From NCBI GenBank assembly GCA_963847185.1, contig CAWJYV010000010.1:448001-512000 (forward strand): a DNA stretch of 64,000 bases, written 5' to 3'. The position numbers and the translations under genes are program-made. Below are positions 1-9,225 of the stretch, piece by piece. Every line of letters starts with the position of its first letter. The first letter of the stretch is position 1. Below the pieces are notes generated by a model. The model was not told where the DNA came from and searched no databases. It saw only the letters and a program-made list of their open reading frames with translations. The DNA is from an uncultured Methanosarcinaceae archaeon. Its GTDB lineage: Archaea > Halobacteriota > Methanosarcinia > Methanosarcinales > Methanosarcinaceae.

Positions 1-852
1 TATACAAAAGATGGAAAGCTCCGCTGGGTCGATGAGAGAACTTTTATTCAGCGAAATAAGGCTGGAGAAGCCACCTATTTTCAGGGCGTCGTCATTGATA
101 TTACCGAGAGAAAAATTGCGGAAGAAGTTTTCATCAAAGCTGAAGAAATGAGAAAAAAAGAGATTAGCCACAGGATTAAGAACAATCTTCAGATAGTCTC
201 TTCTCTGCTTGATCTACAGGCTGAAAAATTCAGTGACAGAAAAGTTATTGAAGCTTTCAGAGAAAGTGAAAACCGCATACAGTCAATGTCCCTTATACAC
301 CAGGAACTTTGTGAGTCCGGAAAACTTGATTCTCTTGATTTTTCTTCCTATCTCAGCAAATTAATAGAAGATTTAACCAGGGTATATAATACAGAAAATC
401 GCAAAGTTCTGGTGACTATGGACATCAGAAGTATCTTCCTGGGGGTCGATACCGCAGTTCCTCTTGGTATTATAATAAATGAATTGTTCACTAACTCTCT
501 CAAATACGCCTTTTCAGAAGGAAGCCGCGGAAAAATTTGTATTGCACTATTCAGAGAAAAGGACAAACAAGAGAAAGACGGAAATGATATTTCAGGTGAA
601 ACTTTTTCTGCCAAGACTCCGTATCTTAAAAGTTCTCCTTCAGCGTCCAGGACCTATGAGACCTTAACGCTTGTTTTTGAAGATAACGGAAAGGGTTTTC
701 CTGAAGAAATCGATCTCAAAAATCCCGATACCCTGGGTTTGCAGCTTGTAAATGCTCCCGTTGAACAAATAGAAGGAAGTATATATCTGGAGAGAGGCAG
801 AGGTACAAAATTCACTATAAAATTCAAAGGAGAAATTTATGAAAACAGCTGA
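1..852 (+). CDS. PAS-domain sensor histidine kinase (HisKA_2/HATPase_c), 5' part outside the window
   Basis: Frame is open from base 1 (YTKDGKLRWVDERTFIQRNKAGEATYFQGVVIDITERK = PAC motif). H-box EISHRIKNNLQ, N-box IINELFTNSLKYAF, G1 DNGKGFP, G2 TLGLQLV. Confidence 0.93.
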   Translation, partial: YTKDGKLRWVDERTFIQRNKAGEATYFQGVVIDITERKIAEEVFIKAEEMRKKEISHRIKNNLQIVSSLLDLQAEKFSDRKVIEAFRESENRIQSMSLIHQELCESGKLDSLDFSSYLSKLIEDLTRVYNTENRKVLVTMDIRSIFLGVDTAVPLGIIINELFTNSLKYAFSEGSRGKICIALFREKDKQEKDGNDISGETFSAKTPYLKSSPSASRTYETLTLVFEDNGKGFPEEIDLKNPDTLGLQLVNAPVEQIEGSIYLERGRGTKFTIKFKGEIYENS

Positions 853-1154
853 ACAGGACTCAGGATAACAAAGACTGATGACATGAGGAAAAGAAGACAA
901 AAATGGAAAAAAAGACAAAAATAACTCCTTTGTAAGCTTAATTACTCAAAACAAAATAATTCCCTTTGCGAGCCTGTAGTAAATAAAAAGTTCAAGATCT
1001 TATATATCAGTAATTTAAGATATCATGCATCTTAGATAGATTTTATATCAATATCACATTTTTTAAATTAAAGAACAAAAGAAGATATACTTTTTAAATT
1101 GAGAATGTAAGAAAAAAGAATTTGCCTTTAAAATACATCACACAGGGAGTGGGT

Positions 1155-1598
1155 ATGATGGAAGGGAGTTTTTTCAAAAAAGTACTGGTTGCAACGGACG
1201 GCTCTGAAAATGCCGCAAAAGCGGCTTCTTATGGAGTAAATATCGCAAAGTCAACAGGAGCGGAAGTTTATGCAGTTTACGTTGTTTCTACTCAACATGC
1301 TGTAACTACGCGATCGGTTAAAGGCTGGAGTGACTCATTTGAAGAATACCTAACCAATATTGGAGACTCTGCACTTGAATACGTGGAAAAACTCGGAAAA
1401 GAATCAGGAGTTAAAGTTCAGCCTGTAATTCTGAAAGGAATTCCGGCTGAAAGAATTCTTGATTATGCTGAAGAAAAGGGAATTGACCTGATAGTCATGG
1501 GTACACAGGGTCTCACAGGCGTCAAGAAATTTCTTATCGGCAGTGTCTCAGAGAATGTGCTCAGGCACTCGAAGGTTCCTGTGATGATAATTCGATGA
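1155..1598 (+). CDS. Universal stress protein (UspA family)
   Basis: KKVLVATDGS and DLIVMGTQGLTG..LIGSVSENVLRHSKVPVMII motifs. ATG at 1155 follows a GGGAGT RBS. Confidence 0.95.
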   Translation: MMEGSFFKKVLVATDGSENAAKAASYGVNIAKSTGAEVYAVYVVSTQHAVTTRSVKGWSDSFEEYLTNIGDSALEYVEKLGKESGVKVQPVILKGIPAERILDYAEEKGIDLIVMGTQGLTGVKKFLIGSVSENVLRHSKVPVMIIR

Positions 1599-1747
1599 AA
1601 GCAGGCCCGGAAGGCCTGCTAATTTTTGCTGCCAATTCTCTAATCCTGCTATTTTTTGTTGTATTTTTTTATATCAGCATTTCTAATCAGTACTCGGGGC
1701 CTTTCCATGAAATCATAGCTTTTCAATCCCCGAAGATTATTGACTTT

Positions 1748-2026
1748 TTAATCCTCAAAGATTCCGGACCCCGTGAAAATGTCTTTTGCTTCTTCGAAAC
1801 TCAGGTCTTCGGGAGGCACAATGATATTTGATTCAAGTATCTCTTCAGCTCCAATCATCTCTCCTTTTTCCTTTATCTTGGAAACCAGTTTTACAAGCTC
1901 TTTCCTGAACTCTTCGGCATTCCCTTCCGTAACAAGAGTCACAATCCGGTTATCTATCTGATTAAGTTCACCACAGAGGGCTTCAGACACTCGATACTGG
2001 CCTTCCCCCATTATTCTGACTATCAT
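1748..2026 (-). CDS. PspA-associated protein PspAA
   Basis: MIVRIMGEGQYRV...SNIIVPPEDLSFEE; directly downstream of pspA, with a GGAGG RBS inside the pspA 3' end. Confidence 0.85.
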   Translation of the reverse strand: MIVRIMGEGQYRVSEALCGELNQIDNRIVTLVTEGNAEEFRKELVKLVSKIKEKGEMIGAEEILESNIIVPPEDLSFEEAKDIFTGSGIFED

Positions 2027-2028
2027 TT

Positions 2029-2787
2029 TCAAACCTCCTTTTTCTCTTCTCCGCCTTTGACTTCTTCCCCTGTTGTCTTCTTTTCCGGTACTTTTCCGGC
2101 GTCTGCCTTAAGCCTTGCAAGCTCGGATTCTACATTGCTCTGAGCACTGATTTTTGTAAGTTCCCTATCTATTTCGTCCCTGCTGCCAGTTAGATCTTCG
2201 AGTGTGCCGGCTTCCATAAGCTCATCAATTGCTGCAGCCCGAGCTTTCATCTCCTCGGTTTTATTTTCGGCTCTTTCAAGAGCAAGACCTACATCTGCCA
2301 TTTCTTCACTGATCCCGGTGACAGACTCATTAATTTTTACCTGGGCTTCAGCTGCTGAGTACTGAGCTTTGATGGATTCTTTTCTTGTCCTGAAGATTTC
2401 TACTTTTGTTGAAAGGCGCTTTTCTGATTCTACCAGTTTTTCCTGCTGCCTGTCGAGTTCTTCAATTTCCCTGTCAATATTCTCTACCTGCTGACTAAGG
2501 GCAGCTTTTCTCTCAAGGGCCAGCCTTGCAAGGTCTTCCCTGTTAGCTTCAATTGCGTCTTTTGCCTGCCTTTCAAGCTTGTCCTTGTTCTGCATAAGTT
2601 TAGCGCGCTGAAGTTGGAGGCGTTTTTTTGAGCTTGCAACCTCTGCAACTCCTCTTTTTACATTTTGAAGGAGTTCCAGTTGCTTCTCATAAGAATAATC
2701 AAGTGTTTCGCGAGGATCTTCCATTCTATTAAGCACTTTGTTCATTTTTGACTTAAATACGGTTTCCATCCTTGTAAATAATCCCAT
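2029..2787 (-). CDS. pspA: Phage shock protein A (PspA/IM30 family)
   Basis: MGLFTRM..EDP.ETL N-terminus, long coiled coil, REDLARLALERK motif. Confidence 0.93.
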   Translation of the reverse strand: MGLFTRMETVFKSKMNKVLNRMEDPRETLDYSYEKQLELLQNVKRGVAEVASSKKRLQLQRAKLMQNKDKLERQAKDAIEANREDLARLALERKAALSQQVENIDREIEELDRQQEKLVESEKRLSTKVEIFRTRKESIKAQYSAAEAQVKINESVTGISEEMADVGLALERAENKTEEMKARAAAIDELMEAGTLEDLTGSRDEIDRELTKISAQSNVESELARLKADAGKVPEKKTTGEEVKGGEEKKEV

Positions 2788-2896
2788 GTGTTTTCCCCTT
2801 TAGTTTTTGAGAATCATCGAGCAAAGTAGATGTGAGGTTTCAGATTCTTCCGTAATGCAGGTGAAACCTTCTGGTATTCTTTTTATCTTTTAATTA

Positions 2897-2956
2897 TAGC
2901 TTTAATATCCATCTAATTTAGCTTTAATATCCATCTAATTTAGCTTTAATATCCAT
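2897..2956. repeat. 22-bp tandem repeat x2.7 (TAGCTTTAATATCCATCTAATT)
   Basis: Units start at 2897, 2919 and 2941, upstream of pspA. Confidence 0.9.
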
Positions 2957-3113
2957 TTGTTTTGGTTGGAGTTATATTTTTAGTTTATGCGTTTTCTGGT
3001 TTATCTGTGCAAAGTTCAGGTTATTTATTTCAGATTTTTTTCCTTCGGCACTTTATTAGTATATAAAATAAATATATATTTATAAGACATTAAATATATA
3101 TTTTATGAGATTA

Positions 3114-3142
3114 TTCGCTATCTTGCGAACGATTTATATATA
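3114..3142 (+). promoter_or_regulatory. TTCG-N8-CGAA operator (MsvR-type box) abutting BRE/TATA of the regulator gene
   Basis: TTCGCTATCTTGCGAA inverted repeat (3114-3129) followed by CGATTTATATATA, ~27 nt before the ATG at 3169. Confidence 0.7.
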
Positions 3143-3168
3143 CAAAATACAACTTATCTAAAGATATT

Positions 3169-3906
3169 ATGACAAAACCTGAGAGCAAAACTGAATTTTT
3201 TTATACTGAAAAGGGGTTAATTACAATAGGCAGCCCCGTAAAACTCCAGATTCTTAACTTGCTCAGGGAAGAACCAAGATCATTTGACGAAATCGTAAAA
3301 TATACGGCAAAAGCCAAATCAACTATTTCTGTACACTTAAACAATCTCAGGGCATGCGAACTTGTAAAAGAAAATAATGACCCTGAAGATCGCCGCCGAA
3401 AAATCTATTCCCTTACTTCCTGTTATATGGGCTGCTCCAAAGAGCCCCTTATCGAGCACTATAGGAATTTGCTAGAAAAGGTTGCCGAAAATGGGAATAA
3501 CAGATTCCATTTCACTGAAACCGTATTTCATGCTCTCCATTTTGGTTTTGAAGCCTACGGGATTGATAATGCTCCTGTCGTAAAAATTATAGGGTCAGAT
3601 ATTGGAAAACATCTTTCTCCAATTTTCGAAGCCGAAACTTTTGAAGAACTCCTGATAGAGATCGCACGCTTTATGGAATTTCATGGGGATTGCCGGGTTT
3701 CTGTACTCTTGAAAGGAACTCCTTCTCTCAAGGTTGAAGACAACTTCAAAAGATCAATGCCTGTCACCGGAAAATCTTTTTGCGCCCTTCGAGAAGGGCT
3801 CATAGAAGGAATTCTTAAAGAAAAGCTTGGGGAAGATTACAGGGTTTTAGAAACTGAATGTTATGGGATAGGAAACGATCACTGTCTTTTTGAAATAACC
3901 CTATAA
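3169..3906 (+). CDS. msvR: ArsR-type HTH + V4R domain redox-sensing regulator (MsvR-like)
   Basis: N-terminal wHTH (KAKSTISVHLNNL, DPEDRRRKIY); C-terminal V4R with Cys motif FC...ETECYGIGNDHC; MsvR-type box in its own promoter. Confidence 0.75.
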   Translation: MTKPESKTEFFYTEKGLITIGSPVKLQILNLLREEPRSFDEIVKYTAKAKSTISVHLNNLRACELVKENNDPEDRRRKIYSLTSCYMGCSKEPLIEHYRNLLEKVAENGNNRFHFTETVFHALHFGFEAYGIDNAPVVKIIGSDIGKHLSPIFEAETFEELLIEIARFMEFHGDCRVSVLLKGTPSLKVEDNFKRSMPVTGKSFCALREGLIEGILKEKLGEDYRVLETECYGIGNDHCLFEITL

Positions 3907-4088
3907 ACTTCTTTAGTGAACTCTAACGCTTAGGTCAAAATTTTAGTTAGAAGCTAACCGTTTTAAGCTAACCGTTTTAAGCGCGCATAGATTTCAAAGC
4001 CTACTGACTCATAATACTAAACCTCTAAACTCGCTTCTCAATTATCTGACCAATCAGCTTTCCGACCAACTTTTATTTGAAGAGGGCT

Positions 4089-4808
4089 CTAGCGTGCGTC
4101 TCCTATTATAACTCCCAGCTCCGATTTCAGGCGAGGACCTATCGCTGCCACTATACCTGGACCATCGGTTTTTTCCTGGCACACAATAGCGTGTTCAAGC
4201 AGGCCAAGACGCTCAATTTCATAAATATCCCTGCCGTGCCCTGTCCTTTTTATTGCACTTTTGATTTCCGAACGGGTAGCTGCATTAACTATAACCCTGT
4301 CAGTACCTGCTTTTTTCCAATTCCACCAGAGATCAAGCTGTTTTTTGCTGAAACGGGCCGTTATTTTTTTATTTGCCTCAAATACTTCAATTTCAACCGG
4401 CAAATGAGGTATCAGACCGAATCTGGATGCAAGCTGTTTTGGCTTTCCACTGCCAAGAGCTTTTAGTTCCTCAGCTTCAACCCTGACAGGTACGCCTATG
4501 TTTACTACAAAAGCGTCCTCTGCAAAAGCCTGAAGAAAGCCTATATATGTCTTACCTGCTTCAGCCTTTTTTGCAGGAATTCCGTATCTGGAAACCAGAA
4601 AATTTGCAGACACTTCTTCATCTTCACCTTCAAGAGAGAACTCAACCCAGTTTTCAGAGGTAACAGAGATATCAATCTTTACTTCAAGGTCTTTCAATTC
4701 GTTCTCAACCAGGGGTTTTAAAAGGTCAATCATCCTTTCCCTGTTTTTTCCATAAATATGCTGGAGGGTTACAACTTTTATCATGGTTTTCCTGCCGCTT
4801 ACTCTCAT
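4089..4808 (-). CDS. Conserved archaeal protein (DUF2110/COG4044-like)
   Basis: GHGRDIYEIERLGLLEHAIVC..TDGPGIVAAIG motif. Confidence 0.8.
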   Translation of the reverse strand: MRVSGRKTMIKVVTLQHIYGKNRERMIDLLKPLVENELKDLEVKIDISVTSENWVEFSLEGEDEEVSANFLVSRYGIPAKKAEAGKTYIGFLQAFAEDAFVVNIGVPVRVEAEELKALGSGKPKQLASRFGLIPHLPVEIEVFEANKKITARFSKKQLDLWWNWKKAGTDRVIVNAATRSEIKSAIKRTGHGRDIYEIERLGLLEHAIVCQEKTDGPGIVAAIGPRLKSELGVIIGDAR

Positions 4809-4841
4809 CTGTCTCTCTATTCCGGAACCTGAAAGCTCGAT

Positions 4842-5486
4842 TTAATTCTTCAGATAAGATTCCAGAAGCTTCTCACTTTCCTCCAGGGCTGAGATAACAG
4901 TTTCATCAATAGGGCTTTCTGCCCTTTCAATCTGGTTCTGGAGTTTTTTAATATCCCGGCTATAAGGGCCGAGCTTGCGGGAAATCGCATCTTTACTATC
5001 TCCCTGCTCCATCGCATCCCTGTGGATGCTTTCTATTTTGTTTTTAAGATACTTTATTTTTTCAAGAATTTCAGCATTTAGCGGGTCAAGCTTTTCTATC
5101 TGATCAGGCTCTCTTGGTTCTACATCTTCTGCAGGTGTTTCTTCTTCACCTTCTGTGCCCTTCCCCATTTCTTTTCTTTCGGACTCTTCTTTTTGCGCTT
5201 TTTCTATTGAATACTCTTCAGAGATTATATCTCTGAATTCTTTAAGGGCAGTCTCTACTTCCTTTCCATATTCAGTAAGTTCAACAAATTTTATCCGCCC
5301 CTCAAATGTGAATCTTATGAGTCCGCACTGTTCCATTTTCGCGAGGATTCTTGTTGTATGGGCAAAGGTGGAATCTATTTCTTTCGAAATAACTGAGGCG
5401 TAGGTCTTTCCCATCGAGCCTATAAATAGCAGCGCAAGAGTGGGTTTTTCCTGCAAAAATAACTTTTCTGCATTTTCTTCGGACAT
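4842..5486 (-). CDS. MarR-like winged-helix protein with acidic/coiled-coil C-terminus
   Basis: YASVISKEIDSTFAHTTRIL..GLI...GRIKFVELTEYG. Confidence 0.8.
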   Translation of the reverse strand: MSEENAEKLFLQEKPTLALLFIGSMGKTYASVISKEIDSTFAHTTRILAKMEQCGLIRFTFEGRIKFVELTEYGKEVETALKEFRDIISEEYSIEKAQKEESERKEMGKGTEGEEETPAEDVEPREPDQIEKLDPLNAEILEKIKYLKNKIESIHRDAMEQGDSKDAISRKLGPYSRDIKKLQNQIERAESPIDETVISALEESEKLLESYLKN

Positions 5487-5638
5487 GCTATCACATTAAA
5501 ACTTTTTAGCGGATTGTTTCTGGATCTCAACTAAGGCTTTTTTACGAACTAAGGCTTTTTTATTATTCTTTAAGGGGTTATATATAATATAATATTGGAG
5601 TAAATATTGAAGTAATTTTCAGGTTTCTAGCATTTTCT

Positions 5639-6805
5639 TCACCTAGAAAGCTTCCTGATTATATTTTTTATTTCAGGAATGGGAGCATCAGTCCTGAATG
5701 AAGTTCCGCTGAAGTGAGTTCTGGAAGCTTCAAACCCATGAGCCTTAAGGGCTTCTATCAAAGTCTCTATACCGGTTGCAGAAGCCCCGAGTTCTTTACA
5801 GATCACGTGCTGGTCATAAAACATCGGGATATCTAGTTCATCCCTGCTGAAAGTGATTAACTTTTTCGCTTTATCTTTTGTATTCAGAGGATGTACTTCA
5901 AGTTCCGAAATGACCTTATCACAGAAACAGGGTTCCCTTAAAGGTCCGAGCCAGAGAGGACCTGCAACCTTTGTGAGCGCCCCACATACCGGGCAATTCT
6001 TATCGATGTGGACTGCAAGCCCATAGACAGGCCCCCTGAACCCGCATGCAGGACAGTGAACGTTGAAACCCATTGACTTCAAAGTTCTGTCAACGTGTTT
6101 TGTCCCTGGAAGTACCTCAAGGTAAGTGCGGACGTAGTGGCGTGTCACATGAGAAAGCAGAGGCATCATTCCTTTTTCATGTTTTGCAAGTTCTCTGGCA
6201 CAGGCTCCCAGGAGAACTCGCAGGCCCATTTCACTGTGATATTCCGTGTTTAAAGGTACAGCAGCATATTTCCTTATTCCAGCATTCAGATGGGCTCCAC
6301 ATAAGGGAGCAGTATCTGTTGCCGTAACAGAGAGCATACTCTGTACCGAGGCAGCTGCTGCATCCAGGAAGGGTGAAGGAGTGCCAAAGGGATCAATATC
6401 CACTATGTGAAATTTCTGTTCGTGGAGCAGTACGTTTGCGTTCTTGCGAGTAGCCAGCGTCTTTCCCTCAAGCCCGTTAAGTTTGATATTTTCCTTTATC
6501 ATTTCAAACGCATCGGGGCTCCAATCATTCATTGTCGCATGGATTCCTACTTCGCCTGCGATCCTAAGGCCCCTTATTCCTGATGCAGAAAATGCATCTA
6601 CATAACGGATTTCTTCCCTGAGAATTTCTTTCCTTGAAAGGAGGCTGTCTACAAATGCCGCTGTAGCTGCAACATTAATATCTCGGTTAAGCTCCATTTC
6701 CGGGTTATAAAATACAGCCGCTGCCGAGGGAGGAAAGGTTGCATCCGGAGGTGGCACCGGAACAGAAACCTTTGTTGTACCTTCGACTATGATTTTACAG
6801 ATCAT
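5639..6805 (-). CDS. trm1: tRNA (guanine-26-N2)-dimethyltransferase
   Basis: VFYNPEMELNRD, SASGIRGLR, DIDPFGTP, TATDTA, Zn-finger CPAC/CPVC, GPLWLG. Confidence 0.97.
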   Translation of the reverse strand: MICKIIVEGTTKVSVPVPPPDATFPPSAAAVFYNPEMELNRDINVAATAAFVDSLLSRKEILREEIRYVDAFSASGIRGLRIAGEVGIHATMNDWSPDAFEMIKENIKLNGLEGKTLATRKNANVLLHEQKFHIVDIDPFGTPSPFLDAAAASVQSMLSVTATDTAPLCGAHLNAGIRKYAAVPLNTEYHSEMGLRVLLGACARELAKHEKGMMPLLSHVTRHYVRTYLEVLPGTKHVDRTLKSMGFNVHCPACGFRGPVYGLAVHIDKNCPVCGALTKVAGPLWLGPLREPCFCDKVISELEVHPLNTKDKAKKLITFSRDELDIPMFYDQHVICKELGASATGIETLIEALKAHGFEASRTHFSGTSFRTDAPIPEIKNIIRKLSR

Positions 6806-6828
6806 TTGAAAGTGCTATCTTTGGGATC

Positions 6829-7497
6829 TTATTTTACAGTGATGGTCATTTCCATCTGCGGATATCCTTTCACACCGAAACTATAACTTCCAGGCTCATT
6901 GAATGTGTACTCCAGAGTTTTTCCATGTGCAAGCTTCTGGTCTTCGAAAAGCCTTTCTTTACTGGTTAAGGTAAAAACACTGGATTCCTGGTAATTTTTC
7001 CACATTACGATATCTCCAGCATTGATTTCCAATCTTGAAGGGATGAAAAGATTATTTTTAAGCCTTACAAGATGTGATTTCGGTGTATTTTCACCCGACT
7101 GTAAGGACCCGTTTCCTCTTTGATTTTCGACCCCAACTTCATTTTGTTTTTCTTCAAACTCTTCCTGTATTCCAGAATTTTCTGTTTCTTCAGGTGTCTC
7201 CTGTTGCTCTACTGTATCTATTCGTGCCGAAGTTTCGGTCTCTTTTGTTTCAGAAATTTCTGTATTTTCTGCTGTCTCTATCTCTTCAGATGCCCATGTT
7301 TCCTCTGATGTGTCTGTTTCTCCCTGTGTTTCAACTTCCTCTGCTGTCTCTATTTTTGGTGTCCACCTTTCTTGCGAGCTCCGGTATTCTCCTGAGCCCC
7401 CGCTGGAACTTTCCTCTTCGTTATCTTCTGAACCCAGGCAGCCTGATACAATTACTGATAGAACGACAAGCAGCAAAATTATTCCTTTTGCTACCAC
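6829..7497 (-). CDS. Cell-surface lipoprotein with acidic linker and cupredoxin-like C-terminal domain
   Basis: Lipobox VSGC, Glu/Thr-rich spacer, F.P..LEI..GD.V.W.N...YTFNEPG.Y.F; GGGGAGGT RBS before GTG. Confidence 0.8.
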   Translation of the reverse strand: MVAKGIILLLVVLSVIVSGCLGSEDNEEESSSGGSGEYRSSQERWTPKIETAEEVETQGETDTSEETWASEEIETAENTEISETKETETSARIDTVEQQETPEETENSGIQEEFEEKQNEVGVENQRGNGSLQSGENTPKSHLVRLKNNLFIPSRLEINAGDIVMWKNYQESSVFTLTSKERLFEDQKLAHGKTLEYTFNEPGSYSFGVKGYPQMEMTITVK

Positions 7498-8025
7498 TTA
7501 CCTCCCCCGAATAGTAAGTTTCCATTTTGTATTCTCAATTATATATTAGCTTTTATATATAATAATGTTTTCTAACAATTATTAAATTGGAATCAGTTTT
7601 GAAGAAAGGATGTAATTTTCAGTGCTGTATACTGATCTCCTGGATTAAAGTTGAATAAAATTTAGCACTATTTTGCTCATAATACAATAGAAAAAATCAC
7701 AATGTAGAAAAGCCTAGCTTACAACATGGATTCAGAATTCACTTATGGGAAAAAAATATTTTAAGAATATAAGAGGCTCGGAAGTTTATCTGCGTTCATG
7801 CCCCTAACATACTTCAAAAAAGGTAGATATACTTAAAAAACATAGCGATGCATCCGCTATGTTAAAAAATTTAATACTCCGAAAGGTGTAAGAGTGTATA
7901 TGTGCACCTGTCCGAGATATCCTGAAAATAAAGATAAAAAGCCTAAGGTTGAATGTTATACCAGTACAGAAAGAACGTTATAAAAAATAGAGAAAAATAA
8001 TCGAGAAAAAATCATAGTTGGACTG

Positions 8026-8067
8026 GTATATCCCGCAGCAAGCTGCGGGAGTATTCGACTGAAATAA
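8026..8067. repeat. REP/MITE-like palindrome TCCCGCAGC-AA-GCTGCGGGA followed by GTATTCGACTGAAATAA
   Basis: Perfect 9-bp GC-rich inverted repeat (8031-8050) in AT-rich intergenic DNA; resembles IS200/IS605-type end hairpins. Confidence 0.55.
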
Positions 8068-8206
8068 TAGACATTTCAGAGAAGTTATTCGGTTCCTTAT
8101 GGAAAGCCTATTCGTATATTTAAAGTCCTTTTATGGATAAAGAATATCAGTGCTTCAATGAGCCAATCATTCCTAAATCTCTATCCTCGGTTTTTGCAGT
8201 TTTTTC

Positions 8207-8773
8207 TCAGGGTTCGGCCACACTGACATTTAAACCCATTTTTGGCTGGCCAACAACGGTGAATGAATAATCTCCAGTCTCATTGAATGTATAAGCAAAA
8301 GCGCGCTTGTATACAAGACTCTGATTCTCAAAGAGACCCTGCTCGCTGACCAGAGTTAGGCGCCTCTTCGGATTTTCCTCAAGATTCATCCAGGCAACTT
8401 TTTCTCCTTTCTTTAGTTCAAGATTAGAGGGATTTGCCCTTTTATTAACCAGTCTTATTGTATAGGGAGTTTCTCTAATTTCTGAACTTACATTCTCAGA
8501 TTCCCCTATAGTTTCATTTTCTGTTGAAGTTATTTCCTCTTCAGTTTCATTTTCTGAGGGAGTCACGGTTTCTTCTGAAGTGATATTCTCTCCTGGAGTT
8601 ATGGTTTCTTCTGAAGTGATATTCTCTCCCGGAGTTATGGTTTCTTCAGGGGTTGCATTTTCTTCTGGTGAGGGCTTCTCATCTCCCATGCAACCTGAAA
8701 GTAAAACAGTACCTAGTACGAGAAGCAGAACAACGACTTTAATTTTAATTTTCATCTTCATTTTATTCCTCAC
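8207..8773 (-). CDS. Cell-surface lipoprotein with cupredoxin-like domain (paralogue of 6829-7497)
   Basis: Lipobox LSGC; shares LxSxxxLFExQxL and YTFNExGxYSF with the neighbour. Confidence 0.8.
   Translation of the reverse strand: MRNKMKMKIKIKVVVLLLVLGTVLLSGCMGDEKPSPEENATPEETITPGENITSEETITPGENITSEETVTPSENETEEEITSTENETIGESENVSSEIRETPYTIRLVNKRANPSNLELKKGEKVAWMNLEENPKRRLTLVSEQGLFENQSLVYKRAFAYTFNETGDYSFTVVGQPKMGLNVSVAEP
8567..8647. repeat. 36-bp in-frame tandem repeat encoding EETITPGENITS
   Basis: Units at 8567, 8603 and (partial) 8639. Confidence 0.9.
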
Positions 8774-9225
8774 ATTTATAGATCATGAAATTTCGAGATT
8801 TTGATTCCATCTCGAATTTTCACTCAAATCTAAGTTAATATTTATCTATCAGTTTCAACTCTTTTCATTTTATTAAACTTGATTGAGTTTGTTGATTTGT
8901 GGCTTTACCTGCATACTTTAGATCTGCCTGAATTTTCTAAATAAAATCTAATCCGGTTTTTCTTTTTAAGAGAACTAACGGTATAAAAATTATTTTTCGT
9001 TTTTTTGCATACTCAGGTCTACTTTAGTCTCTATCTAAGTGTTCTATCTTTTAAAATACTTCGGACACATTTCTTAGATCATAAATATGTAGAGAAACTG
9101 ATGAATATAATTTTAACATTTTGCTCACATATAAACATATTCATGATCGGAAAATTTACTGCCAACATTCTTTCTAACCATAGACACAATTGTTTTGCCT
9201 GAAACAGAATTTGTATTGATCCTTC

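Noticed and set aside
1595-1831. 78-aa hydrophobic ORF after the USP gene
   Set aside because: It crosses the USP terminator hairpin (GCAGGCC/GGCCTGC) and T-tracts and overlaps pspAA antisense.
3951-3982. Short 14-18-bp direct duplications (also about 5529-5561, 17806-17839, 32871-32898)
   Set aside because: Two-copy slippage duplications in intergenic DNA with no evidence of function.
4089-4091. Pyrrolysine read-through at TAG stops (e.g. DUF2110 gene, fprA)
   Set aside because: The proteins already appear full length, and no downstream domain continuation was recognised.
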